From the NCBI GenBank assembly GCA_003220435.1, contig QHSL01000071.1, positions 4,980 to 68,979 of the forward strand: a stretch of 64,000 nucleotides of DNA. The letters run 5' to 3'. The notes under the pieces were generated by a model. It saw only the letters and a list, made by a program, of their open reading frames with translations. It was not told the DNA's origin and did not search any database. The first letter of the stretch is position 1. Each line of letters begins with the position of its first letter. The position numbers and the translations under genes were made by a program. This DNA is from Candidatus Rokuibacteriota bacterium (GTDB lineage: Bacteria > Methylomirabilota > Methylomirabilia > Rokubacteriales > CSP1-6). Of the stretch, positions 36,617-45,418 are shown piece by piece.

Positions 36617-37287
36617 CACGCGTCCTGGTCGTGACCGCGGTCGAGCTCGAAACCCGCGCTTTGGCCCGACATCTCGGCCTCGGCCGCGTCGGCAGCCCTG
36701 ACTGGTCCCACTTCCAGGGCGGCGCCCTCGAGCTGATGTGCGCGGGCCCGCGCGCCGCCCACCTGGCGTCCCGCGCGGCCGGAATCGCGCCGGGCACGCT
36801 CGTGATCTCGGCGGGCGTCTGCGGCGCGCTCTCGCCCGACCTCGCCGAAGGCGACCTGGTCGTGCCGGAGGCCGTCGTGCGTTCGGCGGCCGAGCGCCGC
36901 GCGACGGCCGCGCTGCCCCCTCTGCGGCGCGCCGGAACGCTCGTCACGGTGGACGCCGTCGTGACGACGCCGGAGGCGAAGACGCGGCTCTGGATCGAGA
37001 CCGGGGCGCTCGCCTGCGACATGGAGTCCGCGCCGATTCTCGAGTGGGCCGCGGCCCGGGGGCTCGCCGGGGGTGTCGTCCGCGCGGTCTCCGATTCGGC
37101 GAGTCGGGGCGTCCCCGCCGACCTGGCCGCGGTGGTGGAGCCCGACGGGCGGGTGAGGACCACGCGGGCGGTGCGCGTCGTCCTGTCCCGCCCGCGCGCG
37201 ATCGCCGACGCGATGGCGCTGCGAAGCGGAACCACCGTCGCGCTGAAATCCGTCGCCGCCGCCCTGGCCAGGCTCGCCCGTGGCTGA
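36613..37287 (+). CDS. hpnG: Adenosylhopane nucleosidase / purine phosphorylase fold
   Basis: VISAGVCGALSPDL..GDLV, GALACDMES, VRAVSD. Located just downstream of hpnH. Confidence 0.8.
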   Translation: MTRVLVVTAVELETRALARHLGLGRVGSPDWSHFQGGALELMCAGPRAAHLASRAAGIAPGTLVISAGVCGALSPDLAEGDLVVPEAVVRSAAERRATAALPPLRRAGTLVTVDAVVTTPEAKTRLWIETGALACDMESAPILEWAAARGLAGGVVRAVSDSASRGVPADLAAVVEPDGRVRTTRAVRVVLSRPRAIADAMALRSGTTVALKSVAAALARLARG

Positions 37288-38287
37288 CACGCTCGTCACC
37301 GGCGGAACCGGCTTCGTGGGCGCCAACGTCGTCCGCGAGCTGCTGCGCGAAGGCGCCCTGGTCCGTGTGCTGGCGCGGCCGCGCGGCGATCGGCGGGCGA
37401 TCGCCGGGCTGGCGATCGAAGTGTGCGAGGGCGATCTCGGCGATCCCGCGTCGCTCCGGCGCGCCGTCCAGGGCGTGCGCACCGTGTTTCACGTCGCGGC
37501 CGATTACCGGCTGTGGGCGCGCCACCCGGACGAGCTCCACCGGGTCAACGTCGAAGGCACCCGCGCCATGCTCCAGGCCGCCGGCGACGCGGGTGCGCGC
37601 CGCGTGGTGTATACGTCGACCGTCGGCGCGCTGGGAATCCCGAGCGACGGCGCCCCGGGAACCGAGACGACGCCCGTCACGCTCGCGGACATGGTGGGGC
37701 CGTACAAGACCTCCAAGTTCCTCGCCGAGCAGGTCGCGCTCGGCTTCGCACTGAAGGGGCTTCCCCTCGTGATCGTGAATCCGTCGGCGCCGATCGGGCC
37801 GTGGGACGTGAAGCCGACGCCGACCGGGCAGATGATCGTCAACTTCCTCCAGGGGAAGATGTTCGCCACGCTCGACACCGGGCTCAACCTGATCCACGTG
37901 CGCGACGTCGCCCGCGGCCATCTGCTCGCGGCCGAGCGCGGCCGTGTCGGCGAGAAGTACATCCTCGGCAACCAGGACCTCACGCTCGCCCAGATCGGCG
38001 GGCTGCTGGCCGAAACCACCGGGGGCCGCGCGCCGCGCCTCCGGATCCCCTACGCGGTGGCGTGGCTCGCCGCCGGGTGTATGGAGGCGGCGGCGCGCGT
38101 CACCGGCGGCCCGCCGCGGGTGTCGCTGACCGCGGTGCGCATGGCGCGGAAGCACATGTACTTCAGCGCCGCCAAGGCCGTGCGCGAGCTCGGTCTCCCG
38201 CAGACCGATGTGCGCGAGGCGTTGCGCGACGCGACCGACTGGTTCGTCGAGCGCGGCTACGTGGCGCGCGCCCGGAAGACCGCGTGA
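37280..38287 (+). CDS. hpnA: Hopanoid-associated NAD-dependent epimerase/dehydratase
   Basis: VTGGTGFVG, FHVAADYRLW, YKTSK, GPWDVKPTPTG, DTGLN. Confidence 0.92.
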   Translation: MADTLVTGGTGFVGANVVRELLREGALVRVLARPRGDRRAIAGLAIEVCEGDLGDPASLRRAVQGVRTVFHVAADYRLWARHPDELHRVNVEGTRAMLQAAGDAGARRVVYTSTVGALGIPSDGAPGTETTPVTLADMVGPYKTSKFLAEQVALGFALKGLPLVIVNPSAPIGPWDVKPTPTGQMIVNFLQGKMFATLDTGLNLIHVRDVARGHLLAAERGRVGEKYILGNQDLTLAQIGGLLAETTGGRAPRLRIPYAVAWLAAGCMEAAARVTGGPPRVSLTAVRMARKHMYFSAAKAVRELGLPQTDVREALRDATDWFVERGYVARARKTA

Positions 38288-39168
38288 TCGGACACCTCAC
38301 CGCGCGGCTGACGCGCAAGAGCCGCTCGAACTTCTACTACGCGTTTCTCGCGCTGCCCAAGGTCCGCCGGGACGCGCTGTACGCCGTGTACGCCTTCTGC
38401 CGCACCGTGGACGACGTGGCCGATCTCGCGGGCGAGCGCGGCGCCGATGCCGCCGAGCAGCGGCAGGAGCTCGCCCGCTGGCGCCGGGACGTGGCCCTGT
38501 GCTTCGAGCACGAGGGCGTCCCCATGCATCCCATCGCGCGTGCCCTCCGCGACGCCGTGCGCGCCTTCGCGATTCCCCGCGACGCGCTCCTGGCGATCAT
38601 CGACGGGGTCGAGATGGACCTCGATCGGGTCAGGTACGAGACGGCGGCCGACCTCTATCCGTATTGCTACCGGGTCGCCTCCGCGGTCGGTCTCTGCTGC
38701 ATCGAGATCTTCGGCTACACGGATCCGCGCGCACGCGACTACGCCGTGAAGCTCGGCACCGCGCTCCAGATCACGAACATCATCCGGGACGTCGGCGCCG
38801 ACGCCCGCGCCGGGCGCGTGTACGTGCCGCAGGACGACATGAGGCGGTTCGGCGTGACCGAGGACGATCTGCGCGCCGGGCGGCACAGCGAGCAGTTCGT
38901 CCGGCTGATGAGCCATCAAGCCGATCGGGCGCGTCAGTTCTACCGGGCCGCTCGCGAGAGCTTTCCCACCGTGGACGCGCGCTCGCTGGTGCCGGCGGAG
39001 ATCATGGGGCGGATCTACCTGGCCCTGCTCGAGGAGATCGAGGCGCGCCGGTTCCAGGTCTTCGGCGATCGCATCACCCTGCCGGCCACGCGCAAGGTCG
39101 CGATCGCGTTTCGCTGCTGGGCGGCGGCGCGCCTCGGCCACGCCGCCGTCAGTGTGTGGGCGGCGTGA
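38284..39168 (+). CDS. hpnD: Presqualene diphosphate synthase (squalene/phytoene synthase family)
   Basis: SNFYYAF, YAFCRTVDDVAD, YCYRVASAVG, LQITNIIRDV..D...GRVY.P. Start is GTG 38284. Confidence 0.88.
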   Translation: MIGHLTARLTRKSRSNFYYAFLALPKVRRDALYAVYAFCRTVDDVADLAGERGADAAEQRQELARWRRDVALCFEHEGVPMHPIARALRDAVRAFAIPRDALLAIIDGVEMDLDRVRYETAADLYPYCYRVASAVGLCCIEIFGYTDPRARDYAVKLGTALQITNIIRDVGADARAGRVYVPQDDMRRFGVTEDDLRAGRHSEQFVRLMSHQADRARQFYRAARESFPTVDARSLVPAEIMGRIYLALLEEIEARRFQVFGDRITLPATRKVAIAFRCWAAARLGHAAVSVWAA

Positions 39169-40175
39169 AGGCCGCCGTCTACCGCGGCGGCGGCCGGCTC
39201 GTCGCCGAGGACTGGCCGACGCCCACGATCGGCGACGGCGAGATCCTCCTGCGCCTGAAGGGCTGCGGCCTCTGCGGCTCCGACATCGCGAAGATCGCCG
39301 ACCCCGCGACGCGCGTGCCCGCGATCTTCGGCCACGAGGTCGTGGGCGAGGTGACGGCCCTCGGCGCCGGCGTGACCGGCTACGCCGTCGGTGACCGGGT
39401 GGTGGCGGCGCACCACGTGCCGTGCGGCGGCTGCCACTACTGCCGGCGCGGCAGCGAGTCCATGTGCGCGGCGTTCCGGACGTCGAACCTCGACCCGGGC
39501 GGGTTCGCGGAGTACGTGCGCGTCCCGGCACCCAACGTGCTTCACGCAACGTTCCGCGTCCCGCCGCACGTCGGGGACGAGGCGGCGTCGTTCGTCGAGC
39601 CGCTGGGCTGCTGCCTGCGCGCGGTGCGACGGGCGCGCGTCGATCCGGGCGACACGGCCGTCGTCGTGGGTCTGGGCTCGATCGGCTGCCTCTTCGTCCA
39701 GCTCCTCACGCGCGCCGGTGCGGCCGTCGTCGGCTGCGACCCGCTCGCGGACCGCGCCGAGCTCGCCGTCCGGCTCGGCGCCGCAGTCGCCGGCCCGCCC
39801 GACGCGGCGCGGCGGGCCCAGCACGAGCTGAGCGGAGGCCGCGGGGCCGATCTGGTCGTCGTCACCGGCGGCGGCGCCGACGTGCTGCCGTGGGCGGCCG
39901 AGAGCCTTCGTGACGGGGGCACCGTCCACTACTTCGCAGGCGGCGGCGGCGCCGCGCTCCCGCTGCGGCTCGAAGCGCTGTATCACCGTGAGCTCACGAT
40001 CACGGCGACCTACTCGTCGTCCCCGGCCGACCTGGCGGAGGCGTTCCGCCTCATCGAGACCGGCGCGGTCGACGTCGGCCGCCTCTTCACGCACCGTGTG
40101 CCGCTCGAGCGCCTCGCCAGCGGCGTCGACCTGATGCGACGGCGCGAGGCGCTCAAGGTGTACGTCACACCGTGA
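39165..40175 (+). CDS. Zn-dependent polyol/alcohol dehydrogenase (MDR) 1
   Basis: LCGSD, GHEVVG, CGGCHYC...C, EPLGC, GLGSIG. GTGA overlap with hpnD. Confidence 0.88.
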   Translation: MKAAVYRGGGRLVAEDWPTPTIGDGEILLRLKGCGLCGSDIAKIADPATRVPAIFGHEVVGEVTALGAGVTGYAVGDRVVAAHHVPCGGCHYCRRGSESMCAAFRTSNLDPGGFAEYVRVPAPNVLHATFRVPPHVGDEAASFVEPLGCCLRAVRRARVDPGDTAVVVGLGSIGCLFVQLLTRAGAAVVGCDPLADRAELAVRLGAAVAGPPDAARRAQHELSGGRGADLVVVTGGGADVLPWAAESLRDGGTVHYFAGGGGAALPLRLEALYHRELTITATYSSSPADLAEAFRLIETGAVDVGRLFTHRVPLERLASGVDLMRRREALKVYVTP

Positions 40176-41194
40176 GGGCGATGGTCTTCCACGGCCCGGG
40201 CGATCTGCGCCGAGAGGAGCTCCCGGTGCCCGCGCCGGCGCCGGGCGAGATCGTCCTGCGTATCGACGCCGCGCTGACGTGCGGCACCGACGTGAAGACG
40301 CTCCGGCGCGGGCACCCGGTGATGATCCCGAAGGTGCCGACCGTGTTCGGCCACGAGTTCGCGGGCACCGTGACCGCCGTGGGCTCGGGCGTCGCCCAGT
40401 TCCGCGAGGGCGATCGGGTGGTCGCGGCCAACTCGGCGCCGTGCGGCGGCTGCCCGTCGTGTGTCGCCGGGCGGCCCAACCTCTGCGAAGATTTGTTGTT
40501 CGTCAACGGCGCGTACGGGGAGTTCATCGCGCTGCCGCCCCGCCTCGTCGCGCGCAACGTCGTGCCGCTGGGGCCATCGCTCCCGGCCTCGCGCGCGGCC
40601 TTTGCCGAGCCGCTGGCGTGCGCGCTGCTGGCGGTCGAGCGCGCCCGGATCGAGGCGGGCCAGACCGTGGTCGTGCTCGGCCACGGTCCGCTCGGCTGCC
40701 TGCTCGGTATGCTCGCGGCGTCGCGCCAGGCGCGGGTCGTCATGGTCGGCAAGGCCGGATGGCGATTCGATCGACTGCGGAGGCTCGAGTTCGCGCGCTG
40801 GCTGGACGCCACCGCCGGCAACGTCGTCGAGGCCGTGCGCGCCGCCAACGGTGGGCGGGGTGCCGACGTGGTGGTGGACGCCACCGGGCGGCCGGAGGTG
40901 TGGGAGCAGGCCGTGGATGCGGTGGGACGCGGAGGCACCGTGGTATTCTTCGGCGGCTGCGCGCCCGGAACGTCGATCCGCCTCGATACGCGGCGGACGC
41001 ATTACGAGGAGCTGACGCTCCTCGGCGCCTTCCACCACACGCCGGCGACGATCCGGCGAGCGGTCGATGCGCTGGCGTCGGGCGTGCTGGTGCCGGACGA
41101 GCTCATCAGCCACCGGATGGCGCTCGAGGAGGTCGGGCGGGCGCTGGAGCTCATGGCGAAAGGAGAGGCCCTCAAGGTGCTGATCGAATCGTGA
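40172..41194 (+). CDS. Zn-dependent polyol/alcohol dehydrogenase (MDR) 2
   Basis: TCGTD, GHEFAG, CGGCPSC...C, EPLAC, GHGPLG. GTGA overlap. Confidence 0.88.
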   Translation: MRAMVFHGPGDLRREELPVPAPAPGEIVLRIDAALTCGTDVKTLRRGHPVMIPKVPTVFGHEFAGTVTAVGSGVAQFREGDRVVAANSAPCGGCPSCVAGRPNLCEDLLFVNGAYGEFIALPPRLVARNVVPLGPSLPASRAAFAEPLACALLAVERARIEAGQTVVVLGHGPLGCLLGMLAASRQARVVMVGKAGWRFDRLRRLEFARWLDATAGNVVEAVRAANGGRGADVVVDATGRPEVWEQAVDAVGRGGTVVFFGGCAPGTSIRLDTRRTHYEELTLLGAFHHTPATIRRAVDALASGVLVPDELISHRMALEEVGRALELMAKGEALKVLIES

Positions 41195-41796
41195 TCCCTC
41201 GATCCTGTCTCGTCGTGATCGCGACGGTACTGATCCTCGCTACCCTCGCCCCGCCGGCCGCCTCATTCGACTCCGCCACGGTGTTCGCGAAGGGCACGTA
41301 CGTGATCTCGGCGGAAGGCGTCTACGGCCAGCAGGTCAACCTCGAGAGCGTGGCCCACCAGAGCGACATCGACTTCTGGGGCCTCGGCCTCCGCGCGTCG
41401 ATCCTGCCGTTAGGGCCCACCGGCCCCGGCGTCGTCAGGGGCTCGCTCGAGGTGGGCCTGGAGCCGTACTACCAGCACTACGTCGACCCACAGTCCGCGT
41501 TCTGGGCCGGGCTCAGTCTCGTGCTCCGGTACCATCTCCTGTCCCTCGGGCGCTTCGTTCCTTACGCAGAGGTGGCCGGCGGCGCGGGCGCCACCGACCT
41601 GAAGGTGAAGGAGATCGCCTCCGACTTCTCGTTCGTAGTCTGGGGCGGCGTCGGCGCGTCGCTGTTCGTCACCGACCATACGGCGATCTACGCCGGTTAC
41701 CGGCTCGAGCACAACTCCAACGGCAACATCGAGCAGCCGAACCGAGGCTTCGAGTCGCACATCGGTGTGCTCGGCGTGTCATACTATTTCCGATGA
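41191..41796 (+). CDS. PagL-like / acyloxyacyl hydrolase outer-membrane beta-barrel
   Basis: Signal peptide, amphipathic beta strands, YRLEHNSNG...PNRG (H-x-S-N catalytic region), terminal VSYYFR. Confidence 0.75.
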   Translation: MIPRSCLVVIATVLILATLAPPAASFDSATVFAKGTYVISAEGVYGQQVNLESVAHQSDIDFWGLGLRASILPLGPTGPGVVRGSLEVGLEPYYQHYVDPQSAFWAGLSLVLRYHLLSLGRFVPYAEVAGGAGATDLKVKEIASDFSFVVWGGVGASLFVTDHTAIYAGYRLEHNSNGNIEQPNRGFESHIGVLGVSYYFR

Positions 41797-41825
41797 CGCT
41801 GTCGCCCGACGAGGAGCCACCAGCG

Positions 41826-42818
41826 ATGAAAGCCCCTATCTCCGAAATATTGTTAGCCGGCCCGCGCGGCTTCTGCGCGGGCGTCGAGCGGGCGATCGAC
41901 ATCGTCGAGCTGGCGCTGTCGGTGTGCCGGCCGCCCGTCTACGTCCGCCGCGAGATCGTCCACAACCGCCTTGTCGTCGAGACGCTCCGGACGCAGGGCG
42001 CGATCTTCGTGGACGAGCTGGACGAGGTGCCGGACAACGCCACCGTGATCTTCAGCGCCCACGGGATCTCGCCGGAGGTCCGCAACGAGGCGGCTCGGCG
42101 CGGCCTCCGCGTGATCGACGCGACGTGCCCGCTGGTGACCAAGGTCCATCTCGAGGCGATCCGCTACGCGCGCGAGGGCTACTCGATCGTGCTCATCGGC
42201 CACGAGGATCACGACGAGGTCATCGGCACGCTCGGCGAGGCGCCGGACCGCATCTTCGTCATCTGCGACGTGGACGAGGTCGCGAAGCTCGAGGTCCCGA
42301 ACCCGAGCAAGATCGCCTATCTCACGCAGACCACGCTCTCGGTGGACGACACCCGCGACGTGATCGATGCCCTGCGCCGCAAGTTCCCGAAGATCGTCGG
42401 CCCGTCGCGCAACGACATCTGCTACGCGACCCAGAACCGCCAGGCCGCGGTGAAGCGCCTGGCCAACGACGTCGACGTCCTGCTGGTGATCGGCTCGGCC
42501 AACAGCTCCAACGCGATCCGGCTCGTGGAGGTGGCCCAGACCGCGGGCACCGCGGCTTACCTGATCAACGACGTCGGCGACATCCGGGGCGAGTGGCTCG
42601 ACAGCGCCCATCGCGTCGGCATCACCGCCGGCGCCTCGACGCCGGAGATCCTCGTGACGCAGACGGTGGAAGCGTTGCGGCAGCAGGGGGTCGCGGTGCG
42701 CGAAGTCCACGTGGTCGAGGAGGACGTCCGGTTCGCGCTCCCGCAGGAGCTCGCGCGCATGGCCGAGGAGCGCGGGATGACCCTGCCGGCGCGGACGGCG
42801 ATGCGCCAGACTATTTAG
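41826..42818 (+). CDS. ispH: 4-hydroxy-3-methylbut-2-enyl diphosphate reductase
   Basis: PRGFCAGV, IVHN, SAHG, DATCPLV, TQTT, ICYATQNRQ, NSSN, TAGASTP. Alternative start at 41793. Confidence 0.96.
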   Translation: MKAPISEILLAGPRGFCAGVERAIDIVELALSVCRPPVYVRREIVHNRLVVETLRTQGAIFVDELDEVPDNATVIFSAHGISPEVRNEAARRGLRVIDATCPLVTKVHLEAIRYAREGYSIVLIGHEDHDEVIGTLGEAPDRIFVICDVDEVAKLEVPNPSKIAYLTQTTLSVDDTRDVIDALRRKFPKIVGPSRNDICYATQNRQAAVKRLANDVDVLLVIGSANSSNAIRLVEVAQTAGTAAYLINDVGDIRGEWLDSAHRVGITAGASTPEILVTQTVEALRQQGVAVREVHVVEEDVRFALPQELARMAEERGMTLPARTAMRQTI

Positions 42819-42820
42819 AT

Positions 42821-42958
42821 GGGGGGCCTCGACGGGCCCCCCAAGCCCCCCGTGCTCGGACGCGCCGCGGCGGAGCCGTGGCGCGCCTCGATGTCGCGTC
42901 TCGTGCTGGCGGGCCTCGAAGGGCCCCAAGCCCTCCGCGCTCGGTAGCGCCAGGGCGG
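42821..42958. repeat. Two diverged REP-like palindromic units
   Basis: GGGGGGCCTCGACGGGCCCCCCAAGCCCCCCGTGCTCGG.. (42821) and GGCGGGCCTCGAAGGGCCCCAAGCCCTCCGCGCTCGG.. (42908). Each starts with a GGGCC-N-GGCCC hairpin; the second is truncated by the Uma2 stop. Confidence 0.75.
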
Positions 42959-42959
42959 G

Positions 42960-43523
42960 TCAGCCGAGCAGGTCGTCTACCCCTACCATGACGTCCGGGA
43001 ACGCGAGGCTGGCGAGCGGCTCGCCACGGACGAGGGTGCGGACGGCGCGGTAGCGGCGGCCCGCCGGCTCGCGGTGCACCTCGAGCCGCTGGCTCACGAG
43101 GTCGCACATCCAGGTCTCCCGCACCCCGGCCCGTGCATAGAGCGGAATCCGCACCCGGCGCTCCAGCCGCACGCTCGTGTCCGCAACTTCGATGAGGAGC
43201 AGCACGTCCGCCGCGGCCGGGTGGGACGTCGTGTAGAAATCGTCGCGCGGACGCAGCAGCATCACATCGGGCTGCAGCTCGGAGTCCTCCTTCGGGAACC
43301 GCACCGGGTTCTGGACGCGCACGATCGCCCGCTCGCCGAGACGCGAGGTCCACAGCCGGGTGAGCCGATCGACCGTGCCGGCGTGACGCGCTCCGATCGG
43401 TTCCCGCACGACGATGTGACCGGCGATCAGCTCGAGCCGCTCGTCGTCGGCGAGAATGCCGGTCTCGCCCATCCGCTGATATTCGTCCACGGTGAATCGC
43501 CGCCGTTGAAGAACCTCGCTCAT
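42960..43523 (-). CDS. Uma2 family (putative restriction endonuclease-fold) protein
   Basis: RRFTVDEYQRM.E.GI, ELIAG, QNP, QPD, LLIEVADTS, PLYARAGV.E.W. Confidence 0.88.
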   Translation of the reverse strand: MSEVLQRRRFTVDEYQRMGETGILADDERLELIAGHIVVREPIGARHAGTVDRLTRLWTSRLGERAIVRVQNPVRFPKEDSELQPDVMLLRPRDDFYTTSHPAAADVLLLIEVADTSVRLERRVRIPLYARAGVRETWMCDLVSQRLEVHREPAGRRYRAVRTLVRGEPLASLAFPDVMVGVDDLLG

Positions 43524-43642
43524 CGACTACGCCTCCGCGCACATTCTACGCTGCGGCGCGGGGCGATCAGTGTGTCGATTCGGAGACGTAAGACGGGCGT
43601 CAGCCGGTGGAACGGATCGCAGCGGTGGCCGGCGAGACGTCG

Positions 43643-44260
43643 TCAAGCGTGATTCTTCACCGCGTGATAGCCCCGCCACATCTCTCGAAGGTTGCCGTAA
43701 AGCCACAAACCGGGAACGGTCGGGAGGAGGGCGGCGACCAGCAACTCCTTCGCGAGCACCAGACCCGTGCCGACGAACACCAGAAAGAAAGCGACGAGCG
43801 CGGTGACGATGCCCAGCACCATCATCCGTTCGCCTCGCGTCGCGGTGCCGCGGACAAGCGATTCCATCGAGATGTAGGCATGCCTGGCGCGGAGCATCTT
43901 GACCTTCGAGGCGCCGGTGGGCGACGGGGCACTCGGCCACGCGCCCAGCACCTGGGGTACGGTGACGACCTTGCCCTCGCGACGATCGGGCGAACCGCGT
44001 CGAAGGGTGTAGATGGTCATTGCGATCAGATCCGTCACCAGCACGGTCACGGCGAGAATCAGAATGGCCCAACCGACTGCGGCAGCGATCTCGACCGCGC
44101 GACCGTAGCCAGGGGATGCCGAGATCGCCTGCTGCAGAAGGGCGCCCGCGACGAGCACCACCAGAGTAAGCACCCAGAACACGAACAGGCGCCCTGCGCG
44201 CCGGAAGAAAAACACGAGGAACGCGACGACGGCAAGAGCCCAGAGCGCGACCCAGGCCAT
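43643..44260 (-). CDS. Hypothetical integral membrane protein (~5 TM)
   Basis: Hydrophobic helices, GGAGG RBS, co-directional in the operon. Confidence 0.7.
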   Translation of the reverse strand: MAWVALWALAVVAFLVFFFRRAGRLFVFWVLTLVVLVAGALLQQAISASPGYGRAVEIAAAVGWAILILAVTVLVTDLIAMTIYTLRRGSPDRREGKVVTVPQVLGAWPSAPSPTGASKVKMLRARHAYISMESLVRGTATRGERMMVLGIVTALVAFFLVFVGTGLVLAKELLVAALLPTVPGLWLYGNLREMWRGYHAVKNHA

Positions 44261-44275
44261 CGGGTTGCCTCCCCC

Positions 44276-44827
44276 TTACGCGCGAAGGAGCGCGTCGGTG
44301 AGCCGGACGATCGCGTAGACCATCGTGGCCGCGAGCAAGAGCTTCACTGACGAGGGCCGGAACAGCACCATGAGCAGAGAGAACATGCCGAAGATCGTCA
44401 TCGTCCCACCGACGGTGATCACGAGCTTTCGCCGCATGTCCCCGTCGCTCCACAGCGTCCCAGAGCGCCAGGCGTCCTTCAGCTCGCGCAGCGGCCACTC
44501 CATCGGCGGATCGATCTGCCGGCCCCGGCGCCAGCCCTTGAACCACGCGGTGGAAGCGATCGGGCCGGGGCTCAGGATCTGCGTGCGTGCCGAGAGTCGG
44601 TCGAGCTCCGAATCCGACATCGGGCGGCCGTACTCGGCGCCAACGATCACCGCGCCGCCGAGGAGAACGAGGAACCCCACGACCGACACCCCCAGAGTGA
44701 GCGGGAACAGCCAGGGGCGGCTCTGGTCGATCCAGTAGGCGAACGTCTTGACGAGAGGTATCTCGCCGACTGCAATCAGCGCGACGATTCCCCCGAGCAG
44801 CTTCGCCCACTCGAGCGCGGTGTTCAT
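44276..44827 (-). CDS. Hypothetical integral membrane protein (~4 TM)
   Basis: Two TM pairs flanking a Trp-rich soluble loop; starts 10 bp after the OmpA gene. Confidence 0.7.
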   Translation of the reverse strand: MNTALEWAKLLGGIVALIAVGEIPLVKTFAYWIDQSRPWLFPLTLGVSVVGFLVLLGGAVIVGAEYGRPMSDSELDRLSARTQILSPGPIASTAWFKGWRRGRQIDPPMEWPLRELKDAWRSGTLWSDGDMRRKLVITVGGTMTIFGMFSLLMVLFRPSSVKLLLAATMVYAIVRLTDALLRA

Positions 44828-44836
44828 GGCCGCGCG

Positions 44837-45418
44837 CTATTTCTTGACGACGATCTCGACCCGTCGATTCTTCTGTCGCCCCTCCGGATCGTCGGAGCCG
44901 TCGGGTCGGGTGTTCGAGACGACCGGCTTCTTCGCGCCGAGACCGTGAGTGGCGAACTTGATGTCGTTGAGCCCTTCCCGGCTCACCAGCCAGTCACGGA
45001 CGGAGCCGGCCCGCCGCTCCGAGAGCTTCTGGTTATAGGCGTCCGTCCCCTTGGCGTCGGTGTGGCCCTCGACCTCGACGGTCCCCTTGGCTTTCTCCCG
45101 GATGAGCGCCGCCGCCTTCTTGAGCACTTGCTGGGCTTCCGGCTTGATGTCCGCCTTGTCGAAGTCGAAGAGCACGTCCGCGGCCAGCTCGATACGGATC
45201 TCGACGGCGGTTTCTTTGACGTGCAGGTCCTGGATCGTGCCGGCGAGATCCTCGACTCGGCTGACCAGCGTACGGACGTCGGCTTGGACCTTGGACCGGT
45301 CGACCCGAGTGTCCTCGGTGATCGCGCCTTTCGAGTCGGCGGCGCTCGTCGCGCCCGGCGACCACCCCAGCAACGACGCGAGCACCAGCGGCGCGAGCGC
45401 GCTCCAGGGGCGGCTCAT
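44837..45418 (-). CDS. OmpA-family peptidoglycan-binding protein
   Basis: DVLFDFDKADI, VEGHTD, YNQKLSERRA.SV, NRRVEI. Signal peptide from ATG 45418. Confidence 0.9.
   Translation of the reverse strand: MSRPWSALAPLVLASLLGWSPGATSAADSKGAITEDTRVDRSKVQADVRTLVSRVEDLAGTIQDLHVKETAVEIRIELAADVLFDFDKADIKPEAQQVLKKAAALIREKAKGTVEVEGHTDAKGTDAYNQKLSERRAGSVRDWLVSREGLNDIKFATHGLGAKKPVVSNTRPDGSDDPEGRQKNRRVEIVVKK

Noticed and set aside
34526-39168. Carotenoid biosynthesis cluster (CruF-like plus phytoene-synthase-like gene)
   Set aside because: There is no desaturase or lycopene cyclase. The synthase has HpnD-like features and sits among hpnH/G/A opposite shc.
42960-43523. Uma2 gene as an active restriction/defence nuclease
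   Set aside because: There is no methyltransferase or defence context. The family is typically multi-copy with unproven activity, and the usual catalytic-region Lys (as in DRxxK of the second copy) is not evident here (ERRVR).
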